A DNA stretch of 64,000 nucleotides from an uncultured Chloroflexia bacterium (GCA_963825525.1 CAWGTN010000002.1:1024001-1088000), one strand, 5' to 3'. Shown: positions 48,129-58,716, numbered from the stretch's first letter. A program made the numbers and translations. Notes: a model not told the origin generated them from the sequence alone.

Positions 48129-48816
48129 TCAGGAGCTGAGCAACAGCTCCGCGATGGTCGAGAACGGATCGGCGTACCGATCGGCCTCGACCTCGATGCT
48201 GTCGGGAAGAATCGGAAACGTCGCCGAAGGCGCACGGACTCGAATCGTTGCCATGCCGGCGGTCCGGGCGCCACCGAAGTCCTTGTACGGATCGTTCCCG
48301 ACGTAGGTGATGTGCGAGGGGGCGATCCCCAGCAGCTCCGCCGCCACGCGATAGGGCGCGGGGGACGGCTTTGCCATCTCGATCGGCAGCTCCCCCACGA
48401 TCACGATGGCGTCAAAGTCCAGCCCGAGAGCCGGAGCCAGGGCCGCGAGCTTCCGACGCTGCACGCTGGGCGATCCGTCGGTGAGGACTCCCATGCGGAA
48501 CTCGGCCGCAGCGAGTTCCTGCAGGATGGCCGGCACATCGGGATACGGCGTCGAGGGTCGGAACATGCGACCGGTAGAGGTAGAGCATGGTCGGCAACGT
48601 CTCGGGCCCGGCCGCCAGGTTCAGCTCCTCGAGCAGGAGGTCAAACACCCTGCCCCGGCCTTGCTCATGCAGAAGGGTCCACATCCGGGACGCTGCAGCC
48701 GTTCCGTCGACGCCGTGGCGGCGCTCGAGATACTCGGCAACTGCGGCAAATCCTCCTCGGACGAAGTCCAGCTCCGGATAGAGCGTGTCGTCGAGGTCGA
48801 AGACGACGGCCCTCAT
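48129..48816 (-). CDS. HAD-superfamily hydrolase (frameshift about 48550)
   Basis: VFDLDDTLYPE in one frame; LTDG, KPSP and YVGNDPYKDF in another. Confidence 0.82.
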
Positions 48817-49775
48817 CGCTGCTTCACCAGCTGATCCGAGGGCAGGAACACGTCGTCGGTATGGCGGAGCATGACCAATCCATCCGTGATCGTCCGCGCG
48901 TCGTGCAGCACGTCGTGGCCGCGGACAAGGCGGACGAGGTACTCCGGGGTCGGTGCGCCCGCGGCCCAGCCGAGCGCTGCCGCACCACCGAACCGTGGGT
49001 TGACCTCGATCGCGAGAACTCCCGCATCCGAGACGAAGGCCTGGATCGTGACGTGGCCGCGGAACGACAGGACCTCGGCCATGCGTCGTGAGACCGACAG
49101 GAGGTCCTCTCGCATCTCCACGCGGCCAACCCAACTCTCGCCGCTCACCGTGCGGATCCTCTGACGGGAAACGACAGAGACCACATCCCCGTCGAAGTCG
49201 GCGAGCAGGTCGATCGTGTACTCGGGCGCCTCGATGAGGTCCTGCACGACGAACTGATCCCAGGCGCCGCCCGTGGCACGATCGAGCTCTGCACGGTCGC
49301 GCACGGCCGCGACACCGATCCCCCCCTTCCCCGACCTCGGGCGCACGAATGCGGGGAACCTCACGTCGCCAGGGTTGGCATATCGACCCGCCACCCCGAT
49401 ATCGTTCTCGACACAGAAGCCGTGGAAGGCGAGCTTATCCTGGCAGGTCTCCACGGTGTGAAGGTCCGACACCGCGACGCGGACGCCGAGCCCCTCGAGC
49501 CGATTCCGCGCGGCCGCAAATACCGGCAGCTCCTCGTCACGGGTCGGAACGATGAGATCGATCTGGTGGCGTTCGCAGATCTCGACCATGGCGTCGACGA
49601 ACGCGGGCGCATCACTTCGGGGCACGATCTCGATCATGTCAGCCACGTAGAGGGCGGCCGAAAGGGGATCCACGTCGGCAGCAACGACCTCGCCACCGCC
49701 CGTCCGTTCGAGCGCCGCCCTGAATGCACGCACCAGGGAAACCTTGTTCGATGCGCTGGTGATGAGAACCCTCAC
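48813..49775 (-). CDS. ATP-grasp domain protein
   Basis: VLITSAS, VPTRDEEL, CQDKLAF, EYTID, IEVNPRFGG. Confidence 0.87.
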   Translation of the reverse strand: MRVLITSASNKVSLVRAFRAALERTGGGEVVAADVDPLSAALYVADMIEIVPRSDAPAFVDAMVEICERHQIDLIVPTRDEELPVFAAARNRLEGLGVRVAVSDLHTVETCQDKLAFHGFCVENDIGVAGRYANPGDVRFPAFVRPRSGKGGIGVAAVRDRAELDRATGGAWDQFVVQDLIEAPEYTIDLLADFDGDVVSVVSRQRIRTVSGESWVGRVEMREDLLSVSRRMAEVLSFRGHVTIQAFVSDAGVLAIEVNPRFGGAAALGWAAGAPTPEYLVRLVRGHDVLHDARTITDGLVMLRHTDDVFLPSDQLVKQR

Positions 49776-50680
49776 CGCGCGCGCCTCCCGACGATCATCG
49801 AGTTCCGGCCCATGCCCACGCTGACCATGGCACGACCGAACTCTCGACGGGCGTCGGCGCCCATTGCCAGATCGGCCTCGCGCCGACGCAGATGGCATTC
49901 TCGGCCGACCTCGGGGTCGTCCAGATAGTTCGATCCCATCAGGAGGAACAGCTCCATCGGAAAGTCGGTCTGGGTGCTCAGGACCTCGAACCCACGATCC
50001 TCCAGGAGCTGGCCCAGGCTTTCATGGTCGAAGTAGTTGATGTGGTCCGGGGCAACGATCCACCACGGGGCCCGTCCCAGCTTCGTCTGAGCAGCCAGCT
50101 GGAGCGGATTGAAATCGTTCGGGACCCGCACCACGACCAGGCCGCCCACGGGCAGCAGGTCGCGTACGCGGTCGCAGAAGGCGACCGGGTCCGGCAGATG
50201 CTCGAGCACGTTGAGTGCGGAGACGACGCCAAACGTCGTATCTCGCGGGTGAGTGACCAGGTATTCCTCGAGCATCAGGGGCAGGACACGGCGACCGTGC
50301 GATTGGGCGAAGGCCGCAGCACCCTCGGATGGCTCGAGTCCGAGCGGCTGGTCCCACCCCGCGGTCGCCAGCTCCTCGAGCCACTCGCCAGTTCCTGCGC
50401 CGATATCCAGCGCCGAGCGGGGCAGGTTTGGGTCGCGATGCTGCTCGAGCGTGGAGAGGATGTCCGCGAAGAGCGTTTGACGGAGCCAGTCGCGTTCTGC
50501 GTCCGCTTCCGGGCCTCCGGCGAGGAGACGCCGCAGATCGGGTGCGCGCCGCTGTCGCGATGCGAGATCGGCGTAGGCGCTCTGGTAGAACCGCTGAAGA
50601 TCGTCGGCGCTTGGGATCGGGTCGAGGCGGCGGTAGCCCCATGGCAGCACCTCGACGGTGTTCGGCTCGTGCGAACTCAC
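49772..50680 (-). CDS. Class I SAM-dependent methyltransferase
   Basis: LDIGAGTG, GLEPS, NVLEHLPDP, VPN, HINYF. Confidence 0.87.
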   Translation of the reverse strand: MSSHEPNTVEVLPWGYRRLDPIPSADDLQRFYQSAYADLASRQRRAPDLRRLLAGGPEADAERDWLRQTLFADILSTLEQHRDPNLPRSALDIGAGTGEWLEELATAGWDQPLGLEPSEGAAAFAQSHGRRVLPLMLEEYLVTHPRDTTFGVVSALNVLEHLPDPVAFCDRVRDLLPVGGLVVVRVPNDFNPLQLAAQTKLGRAPWWIVAPDHINYFDHESLGQLLEDRGFEVLSTQTDFPMELFLLMGSNYLDDPEVGRECHLRRREADLAMGADARREFGRAMVSVGMGRNSMIVGRRAR

Positions 50681-51621
50681 CGCTGAGCGCGCTCCCAATC
50701 GATGACCTTGCGGATCCCATCCGCGAGGTCCGTCGGCGGAGTCCAACCCACGACCTCGCGCAGCCGGCTCGTATCCGCCGCACTCGCCTCGAACGGTGCG
50801 TCGCGTGACTCCTGGATCGTTCGTGTGCCCGGCAGCTCGGTTTGCAGCAGGCTGATGACCTCGCTCACCGGGCGACTTCGGCCCGTGCCAAGGTTGACCA
50901 CCCCTTCGGCATCCGGGGCGGTCGCCAGGCGCAGGAGGCCCTCCGCAACGTCGCCCGCGTAGATGTAGTCAAACCGGTTCTCCGACTGGAACACGGTCAG
51001 CGGCTCACCCGCCAGTGCTGCTCGGATCCAGCGCGATATCACGTCACGCGAGCCCCTGCCGAACACGCGAAAGATGCGTGCGCATGAGATCTGCGCAGGC
51101 CCGCCCAGGAGCTCGCGAGCGAACGCGTACTCCTTCTCGGCATACAGCTTCGCGGCGCCACACAGATTGCGAGGATCCTGCCGCATGTCCTCGCGGAGGC
51201 TCACGCCATCCGACCGTGGCTCGGCCGATAGGTACAGCCGGGGATCGTAGATGAGGTAGCTCGACGCGAACACGAGGGCCCTGACTCCCCGATCGAGACG
51301 TGCGCCCTCCGCCAGGCGGTGGCTCACAACGACATTGTCCTGCCAATTCGGGAGCCAGAAATCGGGGCTCTCCTCGGAGCGCTCGAACGTGGCAGCCAGG
51401 TGGAAGATGAGCTCGGGGCGAAACTGCCACAGCGGCTCCAGGTCGTCCGTTGCAAGGTCGGTCTCGACGTGCGTCACGCCACGCGGCGGGGGCCCGGGGA
51501 GTGGCAGCCGATCGGCACTCAGGACGTCCGCGCCGCTGGCTCCCAGCAGTTCGAGCAGCTCTCGGCCAATGACTCCCGAGCCGCCGGTGACAAGGGCTCG
51601 CGCACCAGAGAGATCGATCAA
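50677..51621 (-). CDS. NAD-dependent epimerase/dehydratase with an atypical catalytic motif
   Basis: VTGGSGVIG, FHLAA, FASSYLIY, CGAAK in place of YxxxK; TTG start overlapping the pseG stop. Confidence 0.82.
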   Translation of the reverse strand: MIDLSGARALVTGGSGVIGRELLELLGASGADVLSADRLPLPGPPPRGVTHVETDLATDDLEPLWQFRPELIFHLAATFERSEESPDFWLPNWQDNVVVSHRLAEGARLDRGVRALVFASSYLIYDPRLYLSAEPRSDGVSLREDMRQDPRNLCGAAKLYAEKEYAFARELLGGPAQISCARIFRVFGRGSRDVISRWIRAALAGEPLTVFQSENRFDYIYAGDVAEGLLRLATAPDAEGVVNLGTGRSRPVSEVISLLQTELPGTRTIQESRDAPFEASAADTSRLREVVGWTPPTDLADGIRKVIDWERAQR

Positions 51622-52664
51622 TGCGTGGCTCCCATGGTCAGGTCGATGATTCGGTCGATCCCCCGCCCGTCGACCGTCTGCATCCCGCGCTGCGACATCG
51701 CCGTCCTCCACTCGGTGTCGTCCATCCGCTCCTCCAAGGCCGACGCCACCGCGCGCGAGTCGAGCGCTTCGGCCCGTCCGATAGCCTCGAACAGGTCGAT
51801 GCTCGCGAGGCCGGCGAGCATCAGCTTCTCCGCCTCACCCGCTTCGATGAGCAGGGACGGTACGCCCAGATACGCTAGCTCCCACACCGTGGTCCCTGCC
51901 GTCGAAATTGCGATGTCCGCTGCAGCGATGTGCTCGCGCATTTCACTGGCCGCGTGAACGACCTGCACGTTGAGCCCGACTTCAGCGACCAGGCCGGCAA
52001 TCTGTTCGTGGCGAGGGTTGGATCCACCAACAACAACGGTCCCCGTGACCGAGGGCCTCCCCGACATGACCAATCCCAGGGCCTTCACCACGACCTCGGT
52101 GGCGCGATGGGGATCGGCTCCTCCCAGTGTCACCAGGATGTGGCCGACGGTTGGCGGGGTGCGGGGATCAGGGGCGGAGTCGCGAAACTCGGCCCGCAGG
52201 ACGGCGTAACGAGGACCGCACAGCACCTTCGTGTCGGGTGATGTCCGATACCTCAAGAGGCCGGCGTGGGCGTTCTGATTCACCACCACGTCCACCGGAT
52301 ACTCGGCGAGGTGGGCCATGTCATCGAAGACGATCACCCTGGTCCCCGCCGACCGAGTGTCCCGAAGGTAGCCGCTGTCAAAGTCGTATCCGTCCACCAC
52401 CACCCAATCCGGACGCGACGCCTGGATCAGCTCGGCCATCCGTCGTGCGTCTGCGGGGTCCGGGCATGCGGCATCAAGCCCGTGAACGATCACGCCCAGT
52501 TCCCGGAAGGGATCGAGGAGCTGCGGCTCGACGCAGGCGGTCAACAGACTCAGTCGCGCCCCACGTCGTCGGTACTCCTCGGCCATGGTGCGCATGCGCA
52601 TCAGGTGGCCGGTCCCGATCGCTTCGCCGGCATCCGCGCGCAGGAGCACATGCATTTCGGTCAC
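51618..52664 (-). CDS. pseG: UDP-2,4-diacetamido-2,4,6-trideoxy-beta-L-altropyranose hydrolase
   Basis: RADAG..IGTGHLMR, VVDGY, FDD, VNQN, TLGGAD, AGTTVWELAYLGVP. Confidence 0.85.
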   Translation of the reverse strand: MTEMHVLLRADAGEAIGTGHLMRMRTMAEEYRRRGARLSLLTACVEPQLLDPFRELGVIVHGLDAACPDPADARRMAELIQASRPDWVVVDGYDFDSGYLRDTRSAGTRVIVFDDMAHLAEYPVDVVVNQNAHAGLLRYRTSPDTKVLCGPRYAVLRAEFRDSAPDPRTPPTVGHILVTLGGADPHRATEVVVKALGLVMSGRPSVTGTVVVGGSNPRHEQIAGLVAEVGLNVQVVHAASEMREHIAAADIAISTAGTTVWELAYLGVPSLLIEAGEAEKLMLAGLASIDLFEAIGRAEALDSRAVASALEERMDDTEWRTAMSQRGMQTVDGRGIDRIIDLTMGATH

Positions 52665-53803
52665 AGAGTCTCAGCCGCGGCCTGCCGCGCGACGGCGATG
52701 ACCTGGTCGACCTCGTCATCGGTCATCCGCGGAAAGATCGGCAGCGATACCGCGCGGGCAGAGAAGTCCTCGGCAACAGGGCAGATGCCGCGTTCAAAGC
52801 CGAGCCGCTGATAGAACGGGTGGTGGTGCACCGGAATGTAGTGCACCTGCACGCCGATCCCGAGTTCACGGAGCCTGTCGAAGAACCGGCGCCTGCGGCT
52901 TGACTCCGACACGCGCACGACGAAGAGGTGCCATCCCGGTTCGACGCCCTCGCGAATGTGCGGCAACGTGAGGCCGCCGACATCAGCGAGCGCCTCGAGG
53001 TACCTGGCCGCGATGGCACGACGCCGTGCGACGAACATGTCGAGGCGCCGAAGCTGGCTGAGGCCCAGGGCGGCATGGATGTCCGTCATTCGATAGTTGA
53101 ATCCCAGGTCGTGCTGCTCGTAGTGCCACGCGCCATGAGCACGCATCGCGTCCGGGTTTCGCTCGATCCCATGAGTTCGGAATCGGGCCGCCAGGTCGGC
53201 GATCCCCTCGTCATCGGACACAATGGCTCCACCCTCGCCGGTGGTGATGGGCTTGACGGGGTGGAAGCTGAGTTCGCTGGCGGCAGCCAGCGTTCCCACG
53301 GGGCGGCCGTGGTACGTCGCGCCGAACGAGTGCGCCGCGTCGGCGACCAGCGTCACACCGCGCGCTGCGCAGACCGCCGACAGGTCGTCGTAGTCAGCCG
53401 GATGGCCGGTGTAGTCCACCGCCACCACAAGGCGGGTACGTGATCCGATCGCGGCCTCGACAGCAGCGGGATCGATGTTGCCCGTATCGGCCTGGACGTC
53501 CACGAAGCGGACTGACGCTCCGAGATACAGCGCCGCGTTGGCGGTGGCGGCGAACGTCAGGGGGGTGGTGACGATCTCGTCCCCCGCGCTGAGCCCGGCC
53601 GCAAAGTACATGGCATGTAGGGCGGATGTGCCCGAGTTCACCGCCACCGCCCGAGCAACACCGGCGGCTGCCGCGACGGCGCGCTCGAATGCCTCCACCG
53701 TCGGACCGGTCGTCAGATAGTCGGATCGCAGGACCTCGACGACAGCCGCGATGTCCTCTTCGTCCAGCCATTGGCGGCCGTAGGGAAGGGGAGGCTCAGA
53801 CAT
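52661..53803 (-). CDS. pseC: DegT-family aminotransferase PseC
   Basis: LPYGRQ, LTTGP, DAAHS, SFHPVKPITTGEGG, LGFNYRMTD, QVHYIP. Confidence 0.9.
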   Translation of the reverse strand: MSEPPLPYGRQWLDEEDIAAVVEVLRSDYLTTGPTVEAFERAVAAAAGVARAVAVNSGTSALHAMYFAAGLSAGDEIVTTPLTFAATANAALYLGASVRFVDVQADTGNIDPAAVEAAIGSRTRLVVAVDYTGHPADYDDLSAVCAARGVTLVADAAHSFGATYHGRPVGTLAAASELSFHPVKPITTGEGGAIVSDDEGIADLAARFRTHGIERNPDAMRAHGAWHYEQHDLGFNYRMTDIHAALGLSQLRRLDMFVARRRAIAARYLEALADVGGLTLPHIREGVEPGWHLFVVRVSESSRRRRFFDRLRELGIGVQVHYIPVHHHPFYQRLGFERGICPVAEDFSARAVSLPIFPRMTDDEVDQVIAVARQAAAETL

Positions 53804-54770
53804 CCGCCACCATGGTCCGGAGTTGGTCGAGCGTGAGCCACTGGGTGTTCGTGTCGCTCGCGTAGCTGAAGCCATCTTCAACTGGCGAGCCATCCAGCTC
53901 GTGGGCCGGCCACCAGTCCATCTCGGGCTGGATGACGTAATAGGCGCCCATGTCGATCGTCCGTCGCGAGTCGGCCGCGCTGATCATCTCCTCGTGGAGC
54001 TTCTCTCCGGGCCTGATGCCGACAACGTTGAGGCGAGCGTCCGGCGCAAATGCCTTCGCGAGATCCGTGACCTTCATGCTCGGGATCTTGGGCACGAAGA
54101 GCTCTCCCCCGTGCATCCGGTCGAGGGACTCCATCACGAAGTCCACCCCCTGCTGAAGCGTGATCCAGAACCGCGTCATGCGCTCGTCGGTGATCGGAAG
54201 CTCACCCGTCTCGGCCAGCCGTTTGAACAGCGGGACCACGCTTCCGCGACTCCCGACGACGTTGCCGTACCGGACGACCGCGAAACGGGTCGGCGTGCCC
54301 GCCGCGTAAGCGTTGCCGTTGATGAACAGCTTGTCGCTGACCAGCTTGGTCGCGCCGTACAGGTTCACGGGGCTGCATGCCTTATCGGTGCTCAGGGCGA
54401 TCACATGCTTCACGCCCCGTTCGATCGACGCTTCGATCACGTTCTGGGCACCGTGGACGTTGGTCTTCACCGCCTCGAATGGGTTGTATTCCGCAGCTGG
54501 CACCTGCTTCAACGCGGCCGCGTGGACGACGACATCGACGCCGTGGAGCGCGCGGTACAACCGTTGGTAGTCACGAACGTCGCCGATGAAGAAGCGGATC
54601 CGCTTCTCGTCCGGATAGTCCTGCTGCATCTCGGATTGCTTCAGCTCGTCACGGCTGAAGACGATGACCTTGCTCACGTCGGTCGTCGTCAGCAGGACCT
54701 TCGTGAAGAGCTTGCCAAAGGATCCGGTTCCGCCGGTCACCAGCACCGTCTGGCCATCGAAGAACGACAT
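53796..54770 (-). CDS. pseB: UDP-N-acetylglucosamine 4,6-dehydratase (inverting)
   Basis: TGGTGSFG, FSRDELKQ, HAAALKQVPAAEYNP, STDKA, VRYGNVVGSRGSV, GIRPGEKLHE. Confidence 0.94.
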   Translation of the reverse strand: MSFFDGQTVLVTGGTGSFGKLFTKVLLTTTDVSKVIVFSRDELKQSEMQQDYPDEKRIRFFIGDVRDYQRLYRALHGVDVVVHAAALKQVPAAEYNPFEAVKTNVHGAQNVIEASIERGVKHVIALSTDKACSPVNLYGATKLVSDKLFINGNAYAAGTPTRFAVVRYGNVVGSRGSVVPLFKRLAETGELPITDERMTRFWITLQQGVDFVMESLDRMHGGELFVPKIPSMKVTDLAKAFAPDARLNVVGIRPGEKLHEEMISAADSRRTIDMGAYYVIQPEMDWWPAHELDGSPVEDGFSYASDTNTQWLTLDQLRTMVADV

Positions 54771-54910
54771 CAGCACCCCATGTTCCGCTTGCCCGGATCA
54801 GCTGCCTCGGGCGTCTCCCCAACGCGACCCCGACCGCATGATATGCCGTCGCTCGGGGCCAGACCCCTCCGGATGCGCCCGCTCATGCGCCCGTCGCGTC
54901 GCTCATCGTC

Positions 54911-55810
54911 CTAGGCTCGCGTCGCATTGGACTGCCCCAGGACGCTTGCCACGTAGTCGTCAGCGGCCGCGCTCCATGCCGGCAGCGCTGCGCCCAGTGC
55001 CGGGTCCTGTGATGCGAGCACTCCCCACGGCGGCGGCACCGAACGCCGATCGAGTGATTCGCCGCGAACCGGTTCGATGAGCTTGGCAGGCCGTGCCCGT
55101 CTCAGCACGTCCTCGGCCCACGCAAACCGCGAGAGGCTCTCGGGACCAACGAGGTGTCGAGTGCCCGCGTGACCACTCATCGCGAGGTCGACGACGACTC
55201 GCGCCAGGTGCGGGGTCGAGGTCGGCGAACCGATCTCATCGTCGACGACCTTGAGCGGCTCGTCCGGGGCCCGGTCGGCGGCGGTGACGATCTTGGAGGG
55301 GAAGTCTGCGCCGGCCGGACCGAACAGCCACGCGGTTCGAACGATGGTCAACAACGGGCGACCGCCAAATGCCTCGAGCGCGGCGTGCTCGCCAGCCAGT
55401 TTGGACGCGCCGTACGCGTTCCCGGGACGTGGGTCGTCGGTCTCGAGGTATCCGCGGCCATCGGTCCGCCGCCCATCGAACACCTCGTTCGTACTGATCA
55501 GAACGAGCGCTCCGTCGCGTTCGGCAAGGGCGCTGGCGAGCTCGGACGTGGCAACCGCGTTCCGGCGCTCCGCCACCGCGGGCTCCCGCGCGCAACCCTC
55601 GACGTCCACCCAGGCCGCGCAATGGATGACGATGTCGGGGCGATCTCGCTCGGCCAGGCGCCGTGCGGCGGCCGGATCGTCGAGATCGTAGTCGGGACGT
55701 CTCCATGGGAGCGGTGTCATCCCGCGCCTGGCGAGCTCCGCGAGCATCGCAACACCGAGGCGTCCGCCGGGGCCGGTGACGGCAATACGGGGCGACTGGT
55801 CGACTGTCAT
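54911..55810 (-). CDS. rmlD: dTDP-4-dehydrorhamnose reductase family
   Basis: VTGPGGRLG, HCAAWVDVE, ISTNEVFDG, YGASKLAGE, RTAWLF, VDDEIGSPT. Confidence 0.85.
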   Translation of the reverse strand: MTVDQSPRIAVTGPGGRLGVAMLAELARRGMTPLPWRRPDYDLDDPAAARRLAERDRPDIVIHCAAWVDVEGCAREPAVAERRNAVATSELASALAERDGALVLISTNEVFDGRRTDGRGYLETDDPRPGNAYGASKLAGEHAALEAFGGRPLLTIVRTAWLFGPAGADFPSKIVTAADRAPDEPLKVVDDEIGSPTSTPHLARVVVDLAMSGHAGTRHLVGPESLSRFAWAEDVLRRARPAKLIEPVRGESLDRRSVPPPWGVLASQDPALGAALPAWSAAADDYVASVLGQSNATRA

Positions 55811-56781
55811 CGCTCCTCGAGCCACCACGGGTTCGCACGCGTCCAGGTGATGGTCCGTTCGATCCCGTCGCGCAACGACGTCGTTGCCTCCCAGCCGAGC
55901 ACCCGCCGAGCTTTCTCTACCCCGGGAACCCGCCGGCCGATGTCCTCGTAGGTGGCCCCGTACAGCTCGGTCGTGCTGAGGCGCTCCGGCTCGAGCGTGC
56001 TGCCGGCACCCTCGCTGGTGGCCGCGACCACCTCGGCCACGGTGGACTCGCGATTGCTGCCGAGATTGAAGGCCTCACCCACCGCCGCGTCGCTCTCGGC
56101 AGCCAGGATCGTGCCCGCCACTGCATCGGCCACGTAGGTGAAGCAGCGCGTCTGCTGGCCGTCGTCGTAGACGATCGGTGGCTTCCCGTTGAGAACCCGG
56201 TGGATGCTCTGCGAGACCACGTAGATCGGCGACTGTCGGGGGCCGTAGGCGTTGAAGTAGCGGACCACCGTGACCGGCAGCGCCCGATGCCGGTGCATGG
56301 CGAAGGCGAGGTGCTCGGACATCGCCTTGCTCGTGCTATAGCTCCACCGATCCACCGTCGTGCTCCCCAGCACGCGGTCGTCGTCCTCATCCCACGGCAC
56401 CTTTGGATTGCGGCCGAACACCTCGCTGGTCGAGGTCAGCACCGTCCGGGTGCCGTGACGCGACGCGTGCTCGAGGACGTTGCGCGTCCCGATGACGTTG
56501 ACGTCGAGCACGGACAGCGGATCGCTGATGTAGTTCGACACGCCGACGATGGCGGCCAGGTGGTAGATGACGTCGACGCTGCCGTCGATCACGTCGCCGA
56601 GGGCCGAGGCATCGCGGACGTCGCCCTCCACGAAGCGGAACCCCGGATGCGTCGCAGCCTCGTCGAGATTTCGGCCACGCTGGGCGTCGAAGCAGATCAC
56701 CTCGCTCCCGCGAGCCAGGAGCTGGTCGATGAGATGGCTCCCGATGAAGCCGCTGCCACCGGTCACGAGCGCGGTCGTCAC
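55807..56781 (-). CDS. NAD-dependent epimerase/dehydratase (NDP-uronate decarboxylase-like)
   Basis: VTGGSGFIGSH, HLAAIVGV, TSTSEVFG, RWSYSTSK, RYFNAYGPRQ. Confidence 0.85.
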   Translation of the reverse strand: MTTALVTGGSGFIGSHLIDQLLARGSEVICFDAQRGRNLDEAATHPGFRFVEGDVRDASALGDVIDGSVDVIYHLAAIVGVSNYISDPLSVLDVNVIGTRNVLEHASRHGTRTVLTSTSEVFGRNPKVPWDEDDDRVLGSTTVDRWSYSTSKAMSEHLAFAMHRHRALPVTVVRYFNAYGPRQSPIYVVSQSIHRVLNGKPPIVYDDGQQTRCFTYVADAVAGTILAAESDAAVGEAFNLGSNRESTVAEVVAATSEGAGSTLEPERLSTTELYGATYEDIGRRVPGVEKARRVLGWEATTSLRDGIERTITWTRANPWWLEER

Positions 56782-58115
56782 CGGCCGATGCCGCGATAGC
56801 GCAGGCCATGGGCCTCCATGTCCTGGATCTGCTCCCGGGTGAAGTACATCCGCCCATCCAGGATGAGAGCGCCGGGCGCCCGCTCGGCGATATCGGCGAT
56901 CCGAAGCCGTCGGAAGTCGTCGTGACCTGTGAAGAATGCGACGCAGTCGGCGCCCTCGATGGCCGCCCACACGTCGTCGGTGATGGGCGCCGCGGTGACC
57001 TCTCGCGCTTCGGCCGGGTTGACCCAGGGATCGCAGACGATCAGGTCGCAGCCGCTGGCCTCGAGCAGGTTGATCGCTTCCTTGGTCGGGGTGAAACGGA
57101 CGTCACCGGTGTTGTTCTTGAATGCCATGCCGAGGACGGCCACGCGCGAGTCCGGCAGCTGCTTGCCGAGCGCCTTCAGCTCCCGTTCGATGAGCCCGAA
57201 GGTGAACGCGGGCATCGCGTCGTTCACCGTCCGCGACGTGACCGGAGTCTGAAGCTCGATCCCCCGCTCGCGACCCATGTGGTGCACGAACCACGGGTCC
57301 TTGGTGAGGCAGTAGCCACCGACCCCGATCGACGGCGCCAGCACATTCACGAAGTGCTGGCCCTTCGGCAACGTGTTGGCTGCCTCGATGACCTCGAGCA
57401 CGTCGACCTCGATCGCGTCGCTCAGGATCGCCAGCTCATTGGCGAGCGCCACGTTGAGGTCGATCCACAGGTTGCAGGCCAGCTTCACCATCTCGGCGGT
57501 GTGCGCGTTCTGAACCGGGATGGTCTCGATCTCGAGCGCCTCGTGGAAGAACGCGGCGGCCGCGGCCGTGCTACGCGGGTCGACGCCACCCACCACGACC
57601 GGGATCGTCTCGAACTCATGGAGCGCACGACCCTCGGCCAGCCGCTCCGGGCAGAAGGAGAGGAAGAAGTCCGTTCCGGCCACCAGGCCGCCACGCTCCA
57701 GGATGGGCTTCACGATGCGGTCCGTCGCGAACGGCGGGAGCGTGCTCTTGAGGATGACGTTGTGCCCCGGCCGCAGATTGGCGGCAATGCCCTCGGCGGC
57801 GGCCTCGATCTGGCTGACGTCCGGGTCGAAGTCCTGCCCGAGCGGCGTGCCGACCGTCACCACGATGACCTCGGCCTCGCTCACCGCGGCATAGTCGGTC
57901 GTTGCGCTGAGGCGGCCATGGTCCACCGCATCCTTGATCGCCGAGGCAAGACCCGGTTCGTTGATGCTGGTCTCGCCGCGGTTCGTCTCGTCAACCACGG
58001 CCTGCCGGTTGTCGATCCCGATGACGCGGTAGCGCTTCTCCGCGAGCACCGCGCCGATGCAGGCGCCGATGTATCCGAATCCGACGACGGCCACCGTCTT
58101 GGCGTGGGATCCCAT
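56778..58115 (-). CDS. Nucleotide sugar dehydrogenase (UDP-glucose/GDP-mannose dehydrogenase family)
   Basis: VGFGYIG, VGTP, KSTLPP, CPERLAEG, GGYCLTKD, GMAFK. Confidence 0.92.
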   Translation of the reverse strand: MGSHAKTVAVVGFGYIGACIGAVLAEKRYRVIGIDNRQAVVDETNRGETSINEPGLASAIKDAVDHGRLSATTDYAAVSEAEVIVVTVGTPLGQDFDPDVSQIEAAAEGIAANLRPGHNVILKSTLPPFATDRIVKPILERGGLVAGTDFFLSFCPERLAEGRALHEFETIPVVVGGVDPRSTAAAAAFFHEALEIETIPVQNAHTAEMVKLACNLWIDLNVALANELAILSDAIEVDVLEVIEAANTLPKGQHFVNVLAPSIGVGGYCLTKDPWFVHHMGRERGIELQTPVTSRTVNDAMPAFTFGLIERELKALGKQLPDSRVAVLGMAFKNNTGDVRFTPTKEAINLLEASGCDLIVCDPWVNPAEAREVTAAPITDDVWAAIEGADCVAFFTGHDDFRRLRIADIAERAPGALILDGRMYFTREQIQDMEAHGLRYRGIGR

Positions 58116-58167
58116 TCAACTCCTCTGCAACGCTGACCGCGCTATCGGCGGTCCGGGGAAATGCGCG

Positions 58168-58716
58168 CTACCACGCGGGCAGATCGGCTTCGATGTCACG
58201 CAGGACCGGGTTGGCTCGGTCACGATCGGTCACGATTGCCGGCGTCACCGGCCAGGGGATCGCCAGTGCGTCGTCGTCCCACCTGATGCCGACCTCGGCC
58301 GTGGGATCGTACAGGCTCCCGACCTTGTAGACAAAGTCCGTGTCGTCCTCGAGAGCCTGCAGACCATGGGCGAACCCCACCGGGATGTAGAGCTGCCGAT
58401 GGAGCTGGTCGTCGAGCTCGAATGCCTCCCATTCGCCGAACGTGGGCGAGCTGCGGCGGACGTCGATGACCACGTCGAAGACGCGGCCGCGTGCGCAGCG
58501 GACGAGCTTCGGCTGGCCTGGGGTCCGCTGGAAGTGCATGCCGCGGATCGCCCCGCTGCGGCTGCGGGAGTGGTTGTCCTGCACGAAGTCCGCATCGATG
58601 CCCGCTTCGGCGTAGCGCGAGCGGCTGAACGTCTCGAGAAAGTAGCCGCGCTCGTCCGAAAAGACCCGCGGCTGAATGAGACGCAGTCCGTCGAGACGGG
58701 TCGGCAGGATCTCCAT
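58168..58716 (-). CDS. rmlC: dTDP-4-dehydrorhamnose 3,5-epimerase
   Basis: DERGYF, VQDNHS, RGMHFQ, KLVRC, GFAHG. Confidence 0.93.
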   Translation of the reverse strand: MEILPTRLDGLRLIQPRVFSDERGYFLETFSRSRYAEAGIDADFVQDNHSRSRSGAIRGMHFQRTPGQPKLVRCARGRVFDVVIDVRRSSPTFGEWEAFELDDQLHRQLYIPVGFAHGLQALEDDTDFVYKVGSLYDPTAEVGIRWDDDALAIPWPVTPAIVTDRDRANPVLRDIEADLPAW

